From: Syntrophorhabdaceae bacterium
GTDB lineage: Bacteria > Desulfobacterota > Syntrophorhabdia > Syntrophorhabdales > Syntrophorhabdaceae
Length of the DNA stretch: 64,000 nucleotides
Assembly: GCA_963665295.1 (NCBI GenBank)
Contig: OY762209.1
Coordinates: forward strand, 2,816,001-2,880,000
Reading direction: 5' to 3'
Position 1 is the first letter of the stretch; each line of letters starts with the position of its first letter. Both the position numbers and the translations under genes were made by a program. Shown here one piece after another: positions 1 through 9,211 of this stretch. A model generated the notes under the pieces. That model ran no database searches and was not told where the DNA came from. It saw only the letters and a list, made by a program, of their open reading frames with translations.

Positions 1-1
1 A

Positions 2-493
2 CCGGTAATCTTCCGCCGTGAGCCGGTTCTTCTCGACACGGCGGGAGGGTTGAAGAACATCGAGGACCTCCTGGACGACGATGAGGCGATCCTCTGTTAC
101 AACGGAGATGTGCTGAGCGGAATTTCCCTCAAGAGAATAATAGACGTCCACGAAGAGAGGCGGCCGGAGGCGACATTGGCGCTTCGGAGCAACGGTCCCG
201 TGTTGAATGTGAATATCAACGAAAGGGGCGAGATATGCGACCTCCGGCATACACTGGGGATCATGGGGGTGGGAAGCTGTCTTTTTACGGGCATCTATGC
301 GGTGGAGACGTCCTTTCTCAGTGGTCTTGAAGCGGGCAAGGTGGAATCCCTTATCCCTGTATTTGTGAAGCGGATCGTGGAGAAGCCGGGATCCATCATG
401 GGGGTTGTCGTGGACGAGGGCGGTTGGTATGATATCGGTTCCGTTGAAGAGTACGAAAGTCTGAGGGACGGGAAGGCCGATGGTGTCCTGTGA
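2..493 (+). CDS. murU: Nucleotidyltransferase, probably MurU (MurNAc-alpha-1-phosphate uridylyltransferase); 5'-truncated by the window edge
   Basis: Frame open from position 2 ([20 protein letters not shown]); motifs [26 protein letters not shown]; overlaps the downstream AmgK-like kinase. Confidence 0.65.
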   Translation, partial: PVIFRREPVLLDTAGGLKNIEDLLDDDEAILCYNGDVLSGISLKRIIDVHEERRPEATLALRSNGPVLNVNINERGEICDLRHTLGIMGVGSCLFTGIYAVETSFLSGLEAGKVESLIPVFVKRIVEKPGSIMGVVVDEGGWYDIGSVEEYESLRDGKADGVL

Positions 494-1484
494 GGGTATG
501 ATCCATTTTGCGCGGGAGGCCCTGGGTATCGGGACGGCCGTCCCCATTGCGCACGCGCCCCTCGCGAAGAGAGGTTCCGACCGGTCTTTCTACCGGCTCA
601 CATGGAACGCCACTGAAACGGCTGTTTTGATCCAATACGACCCGGCGCGGGCGGAGAATGCGTATTATGCGGAGATCGCAGAGTTTCTCCGTGATATCGG
701 GGTGTCCGTGCCGCGGGTGATCCGTCATGACCCGGTTGACTGCCTGCTCCTCCTGGAAGATATGGGAAACAAGGACCTGTGGTCCTTCAGGGACAGTCCT
801 TGGGAGGACCGGCTTACGCTTTACCGGAAGACCCTCGTGATCGTGCGCCGGCTTCACTCTTTTTCGGAAGACGATTTCCCTTCGGATCGCGTGAGACTCA
901 TGGAAGGTTTCGGTCCCGAACTGTACCGCTGGGAAAGGGAATATTTCATGGAGCATTTTGTGGCCGGGGCGTGCGCCATGGAACTTGATCCGGCCCTCCG
1001 TCACGGGCTCGAAACGGAGTTGGTTGCTCTCGCCGACAGGCTTTCGGGCAGCGGGCGATGTCTCGTCCACCGCGACCTGCAGTCACAGAACGTGATGATT
1101 CGCAATAAAGAGCCGTTCCTTATCGATTTTCAGGGTATGCGCTTCGGCAGTCCCTTCTACGACCTCGGCTCTCTGCTCAGCGATCCTTACGTGCATTTTT
1201 CCGATGCCGAGATGGAGGATCTGCTGTTCTTTTATTTCGGGATATCGGACAGGCCCATGGACTGGGACCGGTTCCGCGATCTTTTCTGGGACGCCTCGGC
1301 GGAACGCCTCATGCAGGCTCTCGGCGCCTATGGTTTCCTGGGGCTCAAGAAGGGGCTCACAAACTTTCTTGAATATATTCCCGGGGGACTCCTCAGTCTT
1401 CACCGGGCCGCTTCGCACGCATCATCCCTACCGCACCTCAGGAAAACGGCAGAGGCGTGTCACGCGAAATGGCATTCGAAATAG
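480..1484 (+). CDS. amgK: Aminoglycoside-phosphotransferase-family kinase, AmgK-like anomeric MurNAc/GlcNAc kinase
   Basis: [36 protein letters not shown] motifs; paired with murU-like gene. Confidence 0.75.
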   Translation: MVSCEGMIHFAREALGIGTAVPIAHAPLAKRGSDRSFYRLTWNATETAVLIQYDPARAENAYYAEIAEFLRDIGVSVPRVIRHDPVDCLLLLEDMGNKDLWSFRDSPWEDRLTLYRKTLVIVRRLHSFSEDDFPSDRVRLMEGFGPELYRWEREYFMEHFVAGACAMELDPALRHGLETELVALADRLSGSGRCLVHRDLQSQNVMIRNKEPFLIDFQGMRFGSPFYDLGSLLSDPYVHFSDAEMEDLLFFYFGISDRPMDWDRFRDLFWDASAERLMQALGAYGFLGLKKGLTNFLEYIPGGLLSLHRAASHASSLPHLRKTAEACHAKWHSK

Positions 1485-1509
1485 AAATGTGAAAAACCGT
1501 TGTTTTTTT

Positions 1510-2622
1510 TCAGACTATCCTGCTCACCCCGGGGATCTTCCTCACGTAGTGGCTTATAAAGAAGCAGAGCACCAGGGAGACCACCGACAGGAGACAGAAT
1601 TTTGTCATGGGCCGGCTCTGAAGCACGGGCTGCGCCAGATAGGCGGAATAGACTATGATCGGGGCGTGTAAGACAAAGACCATGTATGCGTCCGACGCCA
1701 TCATGCGTGTCAGTCTTCCCTGGAAGTTCCAGTTTCGCCGGAAAATAAAGATGAGGCTTATCAACATTCCCACACAAAGGATGTTTTCAAAGGTTATCCC
1801 CAGGAGGGGACGCAGGCCGGACCCTCCTGTCAGGGACCGCAGAGTCCCGCTCTTCATCGCCGCAAAGGTTATCGCTCCGTACAAGACGAAAGCAAGCGAG
1901 GTGACCGCCACCCACAGTCTTCCCGCGCCGTCGGTCAATTTCAACACCCATCCTTTTCGGAAGGAGACGATGCCAAGGATGTACATAGCCACATACTGCG
2001 CGTAATTGCCCGGCCTGAGGTGAAAGATCTGCCGGCTCGGCGGATAGTGAATCCGGATAAGGTACGTGGCCAATGACAGGGCGCAGATAAAGATCACTAT
2101 GGAGACAGTCCCGGGTATTGCCCCGTCTTCAGTCTTTGGCTGAAGGTAAGGAGGTCCTCCCGGAAGGCGGCAGAGCGCATAGACCACGGAGAAGACGAGC
2201 AAGACTTCCACGAACCAGAGCGGTCCGGGGGCCCAGGCGAAGCAACCGAGGACATACGCCGGGAAAGAGAACCGGCTCCCCAGGGTATCGAAATTGATGG
2301 TGTAGATCATGACAGGCCTGACAAGGCATGCGAAGAACGCGAGAGGGACACCCAGACGAAGAATCCGGTCCTTCATAAAGACCCCCGGACCTTTGTGGTC
2401 GAAGGAACCGGGCGTAAAATACCCGGAGATCATGAAGAAGACGCCCAATATGAAAGCTCTGCCGTAGGCCCCGAAGATGGTGAGCGCGGCCAGAGTCGTC
2501 GGGTCATCGGTGGTCTCGTAGTAATACCATCCGCTTCGAGTCCCGTATGTGAGGCTGAGGTGGAAGAGCACCACATTCGCGGTGAGCACGATCCGGATGT
2601 TGTCCAGGAAATAGAGCCTCAT
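1510..2622 (-). CDS. Acyltransferase family 3 membrane protein (OpgC/MdoC-like)
   Basis: RLYFLDNIR, FFMISGYF, DRILRLGVP, GPLWFV motifs; about 10 hydrophobic segments. Confidence 0.85.
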   Translation of the reverse strand: MRLYFLDNIRIVLTANVVLFHLSLTYGTRSGWYYYETTDDPTTLAALTIFGAYGRAFILGVFFMISGYFTPGSFDHKGPGVFMKDRILRLGVPLAFFACLVRPVMIYTINFDTLGSRFSFPAYVLGCFAWAPGPLWFVEVLLVFSVVYALCRLPGGPPYLQPKTEDGAIPGTVSIVIFICALSLATYLIRIHYPPSRQIFHLRPGNYAQYVAMYILGIVSFRKGWVLKLTDGAGRLWVAVTSLAFVLYGAITFAAMKSGTLRSLTGGSGLRPLLGITFENILCVGMLISLIFIFRRNWNFQGRLTRMMASDAYMVFVLHAPIIVYSAYLAQPVLQSRPMTKFCLLSVVSLVLCFFISHYVRKIPGVSRIV

Positions 2623-2867
2623 ATCCTGACATTCCCCCTGATTTTATTATCATATGTTTCCTGTAAAGGAAAAGCAATAGTTCTTACCGGCATCCGTCAG
2701 GGGGCAAACGAGGGGGGTTAGCGATGGCGCCGCATTTTTCAATACTGCCCACGGCTGCGAAGTTATGGTTGGGGTTGCCTGCTTCGGGGCCGAAAGGACA
2801 TATCTATTTCAATTCTACCGGCGGTCTTGTCTTCCAAGGTGATTCCCGGCCTTGCCCAAAGCGGATA

Positions 2868-3038
2868 CTACCGCGCATTCATTACGGTGCGAAGGGCCTT
2901 AAAGATCTTGTACCGCTGCATGTCTATCACCGTCTTATCTTCAACGTAACCCGATTTTCTCTCTTCGCGGTGTCTTGACCGGGCGACATAATAAATGGCG
3001 GTCATATCAGGACCGGACTCATTGATGTTCTTCTCCAT
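2868..3038 (-). CDS. Putative small protein, 56 aa (MEKNINESGPDMTAIYYVARSRHREERKSGYVEDKTVIDMQRYKIFKALRTVMNAR); alternative start at 3005
   Basis: Below the ORF-track cutoff; ATG lies 5 nt past an extended -10 element that has a CRP-type box at -41.5. Confidence 0.4.
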   Translation of the reverse strand: MEKNINESGPDMTAIYYVARSRHREERKSGYVEDKTVIDMQRYKIFKALRTVMNAR

Positions 3039-3043
3039 ATTCA

Positions 3044-3090
3044 ACTATAGCACGGGGCCGCCATGAAAAGTGTGACATAGATCACACTTT
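3044..3090 (-). promoter_or_regulatory. Class II CRP/FNR-family promoter: palindrome AAAGTGTGA-CATAGA-TCACACTTT (3067-3090) plus extended -10 TGcTATAGT (hexamer 3044-3049)
   Basis: Exact TGTGA-N6-TCACA with 9-bp perfect arms; centre 3078.5 is -41.5 relative to the -10 hexamer on the minus strand. Confidence 0.7.
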
Positions 3091-3213
3091 CGGGATGGAC
3101 ATGACTTCGTCCTCCCTGCAAGCCCGGATGGGGGCGATCGCGGCCCGTTCCCCGGTCAAGACCCGGGTGACCGCCTACCCTCGATCGTACGGCCGGGCAA
3201 CGTGCACAGGGTC

Positions 3214-3747
3214 CTATCCCCCTTCTCTGAACTCCCACTGGCACCAACTGTCGGACGGGTGGGGACCGGGAGGGCAGTATCTGCAGGATACCTCTACCGA
3301 CGGATCGATTATGGAGGCGACGTTGCCGAAACCTGTTTCAAAGGTGGGCCGACATGCGAAAAGGCCCTTTCCGGAGAGAAGCCGCGCCTCCTGGGGAGGG
3401 CACGCGGTAACGGTGAGAAGGGCGGTTTTGCCCTGTTTTTCGATCCGGTACGCGCACTTGGCCGCCCAACTCATGAAATTGATGGTCCTGAGCACTGCGT
3501 CGAGGCCGCCCTTGTCGGGGATGGCGAGGACTTTCTTGATTCGCCGGGCCTCCGCCTTAGAGGACACATTCCACATCTGGATGTCGATCTCGAGTGCCTT
3601 GTCCGTGCCGTATCGATCCTCCACTCCGGAGAACCAGAGTCCGTCGCAGGTGTGCCAGTTCCTCGAATATACCTTTATGAGTTCGATGAGCGTTTCTTTG
3701 GGGAGCCGTTCCAATTCGGCCTGAACCGGGTTATCAGGGTTGTCCAT
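3214..3747 (-). CDS. Conserved hypothetical protein, DUF6125-like
   Basis: NWHTCDGLWF..VE..YG...A and C-PPQ..R, C..CPP..HP...WC.WEF pattern typical of this anaerobe family; GGAGG RBS. Confidence 0.65.
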   Translation of the reverse strand: MDNPDNPVQAELERLPKETLIELIKVYSRNWHTCDGLWFSGVEDRYGTDKALEIDIQMWNVSSKAEARRIKKVLAIPDKGGLDAVLRTINFMSWAAKCAYRIEKQGKTALLTVTACPPQEARLLSGKGLFACRPTFETGFGNVASIIDPSVEVSCRYCPPGPHPSDSWCQWEFREGG

Positions 3748-3900
3748 GTTCCCGAACCTCCTTGTTGTACCGTCTTCTATGCCCCGTGGGGGTGCATCTT
3801 CATAGGTGTTTATAGCACAATTCCGGGAATCGGTATAGGGGGATATCCGTTTCCGCGGTTCCCCGCGGTACTCCGTCGGAAGGGCCTGCTTTGCAGGGGG

Positions 3901-5151
3901 CTAGCCCTGGCTCTTCTCTATCCGTCCTATTTCGTCTTTAAGCCACAAAAGCAATAAAAGCCCGGGCAGGGCGGTGATGGTAGTAATGAAGAAGAAAGGC
4001 GCCCATCCGAGATACTTCACCACGTAGCCGGACGAGGGAGTGATAAAGACCCGTCCCAGGGCTGAGAGGGAGGAAAGAAGGGCGAACTGGGTGGCGCTGT
4101 ACCGTTTGTTGCAGACTGCCATGATAAAGACCATGAAAGCGGCCATGCCCATGCCTCCCGCGACGTTCTCGAAGGCCACGGCAAAGATCATCATGGCGTA
4201 GCTTTTGCCGGTCCAGGCGAGGGCCATAAAGGAAAGGTTGGAGACCATCTGGAGGAGACCGAAGATCATGAGGGACCGGAAGAGACCGAGTTTTGCCATC
4301 ATACCGCCCCCGTACATGGCGCCCACGATGGTGGCGGCAAAGCCGAGTCCTTTGTTGATGGTGCCCACGTCCGTGGCGGTAAACCCCACGCCCCTGAGAA
4401 GAAATGTGGTAGTCATGCTTCCCGCGTAGGCGTCACCCATCTTGTAGAGTATGATGAAGAGCAGGATGATAAGCGAGGTGGGCCGGTAAAAGAAATCCTT
4501 GAGGGGTCCCCACACGGCCTCCTTAAGGCTCCTGGGCGGGATTATCCCGCCATCGGGTTCCCGGCCTACGAAGGTGCCGAGCATGCCGATTATCAAAAGC
4601 CCTGCCATGATGAGGTAGGTGTTTTGCCAGCCTATCCGGTCGGACATGATGAGGGCTATGGCGCCCGCGGTGAGCATGGCGACCCTGTAGCCCACTATGA
4701 AGGTGGCCGACCCGGTTCCGCGCTCCTTCTCGGACAAAATGTCGGTCCGGTACGCATCAACCACGATATCCTGTGAGGCCGACGCGAAGGCGACCATGAT
4801 GGCGAGTATGGCGAGCGCGAGGGGTGCATAGAGGGGAGACGAGAAGGCCATCCACGTGATGCCGAGCATGAGCGCCACCTGGGTGGCGAGCGCCCACCCC
4901 CTCCTCCTTCCGAGCCACGGAGGCACAAACCGGTCCATGAGCGGCGACCAGAAGAATTTGACCGTGTAAGGGATACCTACGAGGGAAAAGATGCCTATGG
5001 TCCGTATGTCCACCCCGGCGATGGTGAGCCAGGCCTGAAGGGTGCCGCTGGTGAGGGGCAGAGGAAGTCCCGAAGAAAAACCGAGGAGAAGCATTACCGC
5101 CGTGTTGCGGTTACAATAAAGTCTCAGGTAGTAAGCGGCCTTTGCGCCCAT
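3901..5151 (-). CDS. ampG: AmpG-family muropeptide MFS permease
   Basis: LLLGFSSGLP, KFFWSPLMDR, GRRRGW, SASQDIVVDAYR, SATQFALLSSL motifs. Confidence 0.93.
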   Translation of the reverse strand: MGAKAAYYLRLYCNRNTAVMLLLGFSSGLPLPLTSGTLQAWLTIAGVDIRTIGIFSLVGIPYTVKFFWSPLMDRFVPPWLGRRRGWALATQVALMLGITWMAFSSPLYAPLALAILAIMVAFASASQDIVVDAYRTDILSEKERGTGSATFIVGYRVAMLTAGAIALIMSDRIGWQNTYLIMAGLLIIGMLGTFVGREPDGGIIPPRSLKEAVWGPLKDFFYRPTSLIILLFIILYKMGDAYAGSMTTTFLLRGVGFTATDVGTINKGLGFAATIVGAMYGGGMMAKLGLFRSLMIFGLLQMVSNLSFMALAWTGKSYAMMIFAVAFENVAGGMGMAAFMVFIMAVCNKRYSATQFALLSSLSALGRVFITPSSGYVVKYLGWAPFFFITTITALPGLLLLLWLKDEIGRIEKSQG

Positions 5152-5156
5152 CAGGT

Positions 5157-6482
5157 CTACCGGCCCGGCTTGTCAGGCATGTCGAGTGTCACGGGGAGCC
5201 TGCCCTGGAAGTCCATCTCCCCTGTAATACATCTGAATACGGCGTCCTGGGCTTCCGCGCTTGCGTCGTATGCGGCGATGAGAACGGCGGCCTCCTTGAA
5301 ACGGTTGAGCACATAGGGGCTTCCGAAGGAGACGACGACGGACGGCGTGGTTCCCCGCATGAGTCGCACCACCGATTCCATCTCCTCTTCTCCTGTATTC
5401 GAGGCCCCCCGGAAGGGTTCATCCGTGAAAATGAGGTACATAACGGGCCTTTCATGGGTAGGCAGAGGTTTTCCCACGTGGGATGCCTGTTTTACGTAGA
5501 ACCTGAGGGGAGATGTCCTGAAATATGACGTGTCCCCCGCATACACGAGGGGTATGTTGTCGGAATCCCGTACGGGAAAGAAACGGCCTTTTCCCTTTAC
5601 AAGGGTCACTGCCTTCCCGGCGATCAGACGGGACAGCCTCTCGTTGCGCGGGTAATCGGCCTTCATCTCGCCGACGGAACCTATCATGGATTTGAGCACA
5701 TCGACACGGGCGAGAGAGAATGCTATCCGTTCTTCCGTGATCCTGCCTTCGAGGAGGGCCCGAGCGAGTTCATCGACTACAGCATCGGGGTCTTCAGGGC
5801 CGAGGAGGATATCGACACCGGCTTCCATATATACCGCTACCCCGGGTTCTCGCACGGAGTCACACAAACCGGCTGAGAGTGCGCCGTCATAGGCCACCAC
5901 GGTCATCCCGTCCGGGACACTGTTCCCAGGGCCTTCGCTGAGAGCGAGGAATCCGGAATCGCGGAGTGTTGCGGCAAGTTCTGAAGAAAACCAACGGGTT
6001 TCACCAGGCGAGGGTAAAGCGGTTCCCGGACCGGAGGCCGGGATGCAAGAGGAATGAGAACCATATCCGACCCGGATAAGAGGCATGTTTATCCCGCAGT
6101 CCGCCGCCTCGGCGGCAATGGCGGTGAAAGTCTCCGAAAGGAGATGGAGGTCGCGGGGATCGTTCACATCCATAGCCGCGGCAAACGCCATGGGGGAGGG
6201 AAACCGGGTCGTTTCCCGGATCTGTTCTCCTATTCCCCGTTCCGCGTAAGACGCGATGAAAAGGGGTCTTTCCGCAAGAGACTGAAGCGATCCGATAAAC
6301 GATTGCAGCTCGTCCCTGGCTCCTCCGCGGAGCATGAACCCGGCTATTCCCTTTTTTGCTAAATCGAGAATGTGGTCACGATAAAGAACATCCCCTATCC
6401 GGTCACCGTCCAGTCGGGCAATGACAAGCTGGTAAAGTCTCTTTTCGAGAGTAGCAAAGCCGGAACATACGTTCTGCAACAT
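5157..6482 (-). CDS. Glycoside hydrolase family 3 (NagZ-like, two-domain), catalytically degenerate
   Basis: PLFIA..ERG, T.FP..MA, AGVDILL, ITEERI..S..R, SFGSPY..F, G.LPV; KHFPGHG motif absent; upstream of ampG. Confidence 0.7.
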   Translation of the reverse strand: MLQNVCSGFATLEKRLYQLVIARLDGDRIGDVLYRDHILDLAKKGIAGFMLRGGARDELQSFIGSLQSLAERPLFIASYAERGIGEQIRETTRFPSPMAFAAAMDVNDPRDLHLLSETFTAIAAEAADCGINMPLIRVGYGSHSSCIPASGPGTALPSPGETRWFSSELAATLRDSGFLALSEGPGNSVPDGMTVVAYDGALSAGLCDSVREPGVAVYMEAGVDILLGPEDPDAVVDELARALLEGRITEERIAFSLARVDVLKSMIGSVGEMKADYPRNERLSRLIAGKAVTLVKGKGRFFPVRDSDNIPLVYAGDTSYFRTSPLRFYVKQASHVGKPLPTHERPVMYLIFTDEPFRGASNTGEEEMESVVRLMRGTTPSVVVSFGSPYVLNRFKEAAVLIAAYDASAEAQDAVFRCITGEMDFQGRLPVTLDMPDKPGR

Positions 6483-6598
6483 GGGAAGCTTAGTTTACCA
6501 GATAGGAATTCTTTAAGAACAAGAATAGAATAAATTGTTACCCCTGACGAACCTTTCACGCCCACCGCAGGCCCCGCATACGAGGGGCAACGAAGTGA

Positions 6599-6793
6599 TC
6601 ACGCGTGTCTTTTCGACCTCAAGGATTTCAATCTTCTCTTCTGGGCCTCGCGCTGTTTTCTCCGTACCTTTTCGGAGGGTTTTTCGTAGAAGCTTCTCTT
6701 CTTGATTTCTTTAAAAAGCCCTTCCATCTGGAGTTTGCGCTTTAGATCCTTAATTGCTTTTTCAATATTGTCGCCTTGAACCCTTATATCCAA
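6599..6793 (-). CDS. rpsU: 30S ribosomal protein S21
   Basis: IEKAIK.LKRK...EG, FYEKPSEK.RRK; TTG start. Confidence 0.95.
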   Translation of the reverse strand: MDIRVQGDNIEKAIKDLKRKLQMEGLFKEIKKRSFYEKPSEKVRRKQREAQKRRLKSLRSKRHA

Positions 6794-7031
6794 TCTTCTT
6801 ACCCCTTTCTTTTCTTAACCGTCTATCCCGGAAGCAAAACCCCAGAGCTTTTAAAGGCCCTGGGGCGCCATTCACTTTAAAAGTCAAAGTTAAGATAATA
6901 CAAAATGGTGCATAAGTAAAGACCAAAATGAAATCCCGAGCTTGTTGTTGACGTCCCGCCGGTTTTCGTTTCATAATCAGTGGAATATGTGCCGCCGAAT
7001 TACAGGGGCGCGAAGGGAAGGAGGAAGGGGT

Positions 7032-7490
7032 ATGAAATACCAGGTGGGAGGAGTCGGCAAGGTCGTGGTAGCGAGGTTCGAGGACGGGGACGACATCCTG
7101 GCCGGCATTGCCGAGATCGCCAGGAAAGAGGCGATCAGGGCCGCAGTCTTCACTCTTGTGGGCGGCATAACGGACAGCACCATTGTAGTCGGCCCGGAGA
7201 GAGAGGAACCACCACCCGTACCTGTGTGGCGGGAACTGAAGGAGAGCCACGAGGCTGCCGGCATCGGCACGATCTTCTGGCAGGGAGAGGAGCCCAAGGT
7301 CCATATCCACGGCGCCTACGGAAAATGGGACAGCGTCAAGGCGGGCTGTCTCAGAGGCGCTGCCAGGACCTTCCTCGTGATGGAAGCTGTTATAGTGGAA
7401 ATAAAAGGGATTCACGCGGTGAGAGACCTGGACCCCCTATCCCGCATGGTGCTTCTGAAACTGGTTGACCCTCCGGAGAGGGACGGTTAA
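7032..7490 (+). CDS. PPC/DUF296 domain protein
   Basis: RFEDGDD, GIGTI, PKVHIHG, GCL motifs; ATG at 7032 after GGAGGA. Confidence 0.85.
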   Translation: MKYQVGGVGKVVVARFEDGDDILAGIAEIARKEAIRAAVFTLVGGITDSTIVVGPEREEPPPVPVWRELKESHEAAGIGTIFWQGEEPKVHIHGAYGKWDSVKAGCLRGAARTFLVMEAVIVEIKGIHAVRDLDPLSRMVLLKLVDPPERDG

Positions 7491-7543
7491 AAACGCGTTC
7501 CCGGCAAGGTAGTGATGCCCCTGCCCTGCCGTGACCACCTCCG

Positions 7544-8008
7544 CTATTCGATTACAAAGTCCCAGACTGTGTCCTCGATCCACAGACAGAAATAACCCCT
7601 GCCTAAAAGGCCCTTGGCTTTTACCACATACAGGTTGTTCCCTTTCTTCTGCACCGTGTATTCTATATTCTTGCCGAAGGCATACCGAGGTTTACCCAGG
7701 GGCCCCGCCTGAAAAAAAAGCAAAGGGTTCAAGGTGAGGACGTCCATGTTGTGGGGACCGTATATCACGAAATACTGCACGTCCTTAAGAAAGAAGCGGG
7801 CCGGATTGTTACTCTCCATGAAGATCAGACCGTTTTCGTCGAAAACCATGTTGGGGGTCAGCCTTTTGAGCCCTCCTGTCGTCTTGAAATATGTCCCGAA
7901 CTCCTTCGGGGTCGGGATTTTGTCCTCCTTCGCGTAAAGAGGCAATGCGAAGAAGAATGCAACGAAAAGGATGATGAGAACTCTGCGAAATATGGTGAAT
8001 GTGTGCAT
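7544..8008 (-). CDS. Hypothetical exported protein
   Basis: Signal-peptide-like N-terminus (..FFFALPLYA); AGGAGG RBS. Confidence 0.7.
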   Translation of the reverse strand: MHTFTIFRRVLIILFVAFFFALPLYAKEDKIPTPKEFGTYFKTTGGLKRLTPNMVFDENGLIFMESNNPARFFLKDVQYFVIYGPHNMDVLTLNPLLFFQAGPLGKPRYAFGKNIEYTVQKKGNNLYVVKAKGLLGRGYFCLWIEDTVWDFVIE

Positions 8009-8039
8009 CAGTTTTCCTCCTGAATGATCTGTGTCTTGT

Positions 8040-8423
8040 CTATGCCGGGGTTACGATGATCCTTCGTTCTCTTGGCCCGTCGAATTCCATAAAGAATATA
8101 CCTTGCCAGGTCCCCAGCATCATGCGGCCTTCAAAAAACGGTATGGTGACGGAACATCCGACCAGGGCGGCTTTGATATGGGCGTCGGAGTTCCCTTCTC
8201 TGTGCCTGTAAGGAAAATTCTTCGGCGCCAGGCGATCGAGCCCGTCAAGGACGTCCCTTATCACGTCGGGGTCCGCATGCTCGTTAATCATGATACCACA
8301 CGTTGTGTGAGGGGTATAGACATGGACGGTCCTGCATTCCTTCCCTCTGACAAGGGCGGCCACATCGGCGGTAATATCCCTCGCCTCAACGTTGCGCGAG
8401 GTTCTTAGTGTCAGCGTGAGCAT
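8040..8423 (-). CDS. yjbQ: YjbQ/UPF0047 secondary thiamine-phosphate synthase family protein
   Basis: PHTTCG..INE.ADPDV, Y.H.EGNSDAHIK, LGTWQGIFF.EFDGPR. Confidence 0.9.
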   Translation of the reverse strand: MLTLTLRTSRNVEARDITADVAALVRGKECRTVHVYTPHTTCGIMINEHADPDVIRDVLDGLDRLAPKNFPYRHREGNSDAHIKAALVGCSVTIPFFEGRMMLGTWQGIFFMEFDGPRERRIIVTPA

Positions 8424-8431
8424 GGCGGCGC

Positions 8432-8818
8432 TTAAAGGGATACCTGCCTCTTCTTGTAGTCTTCCAACGCGGCTTTGACCGCATCTTCCGCAAGGACGGA
8501 GCAATGCATTTTCGCGGGGGGCAATCCTCCCAACGCCTCCGCCACCGCCTCGTTCGACAAGCTCAGCGCTTCGTCGACACTTTTCCCCTTTATCATTTCC
8601 GTGGTCATGCTGCTCGATGCAATGGCTGCTCCGCATCCGAAGGTTTTGAATTTCGCATCCACGATCCTGCCGTCTTCTATCTTCAGATAAAGCCTCATGA
8701 CATCTCCGCACACGGGGTTGCCGACTTCGGCTATGGCGCTCGCGTCTTCGATCTCGCCCATGTTGCGGGGATTCATGAAATGATCCATCACTTTGTCACT
8801 GTAAGGACCCTGCGGCAT
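8432..8818 (-). CDS. iscU: Fe-S cluster scaffold IscU/NifU_N
   Basis: YSDKVMDHFMNPRN, GNPVCGD, FGCGAAIASSS, LPPAKMHCS; AGGAGG RBS before the ATG at 8818. Confidence 0.95.
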   Translation of the reverse strand: MPQGPYSDKVMDHFMNPRNMGEIEDASAIAEVGNPVCGDVMRLYLKIEDGRIVDAKFKTFGCGAAIASSSMTTEMIKGKSVDEALSLSNEAVAEALGGLPPAKMHCSVLAEDAVKAALEDYKKRQVSL

Positions 8819-8824
8819 CTTAAA

Positions 8825-9043
8825 TATACCTCCTTTTTGAGTCTCCTTGAGCCTAGCACAGAGGGGGGACATATCTCTCAATCTTGTCACGATAAGGGCC
8901 GGCGCGGTGAGCACGTGTTCCATCTTTCCCACAATGCCGTCCTTACCGGGACTGAAGGCGATAGACTCATGGCATATCTCTCCGGACACTCCAATGGCCG
9001 CGAGGGCATGGGACGACGCACGGTGGAGACAAACCCTGTTCAT
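8825..9043 (-). pseudogene. Decayed C-terminal remnant of IscS/NifS cysteine desulfurase
   Basis: SSHALAAIGV..EICHESIAFSPGKD.....EHVL.....IVTRLRDMSPL resembles the NifS tail SHVL.A.G......GSIRFSLG..N...IDYVL.....V.RLR.MSPL; occupies the canonical position upstream of iscU. Confidence 0.7.
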
Positions 9044-9211
9044 GGGAAAAATATATCATAATGGCCGGAGGCTTGTATACCCTATTGTCCGTTTACGGAA
9101 GCCGCGGTTGCCCTCGGGGGCCTTGTGAGCTAAGTCATTGTTATCCTTTTTAGTTGACCTGTTTCCCCCTAATTTGGTACAAACATAGGACATTATTTGA
9201 GGAGGAAAGGA

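Noticed and set aside
2700..2800. GGGCAAAC...GGGGTTGCC resembling a GEMM riboswitch
   Set aside because: Central helices cannot be formed, and the orientation does not lead into a credible gene
8432..9043. N-terminally extended 203-aa IscU
   Set aside because: Strong AGGAGG before the ATG at 8818; the extension is better explained as an iscS remnant
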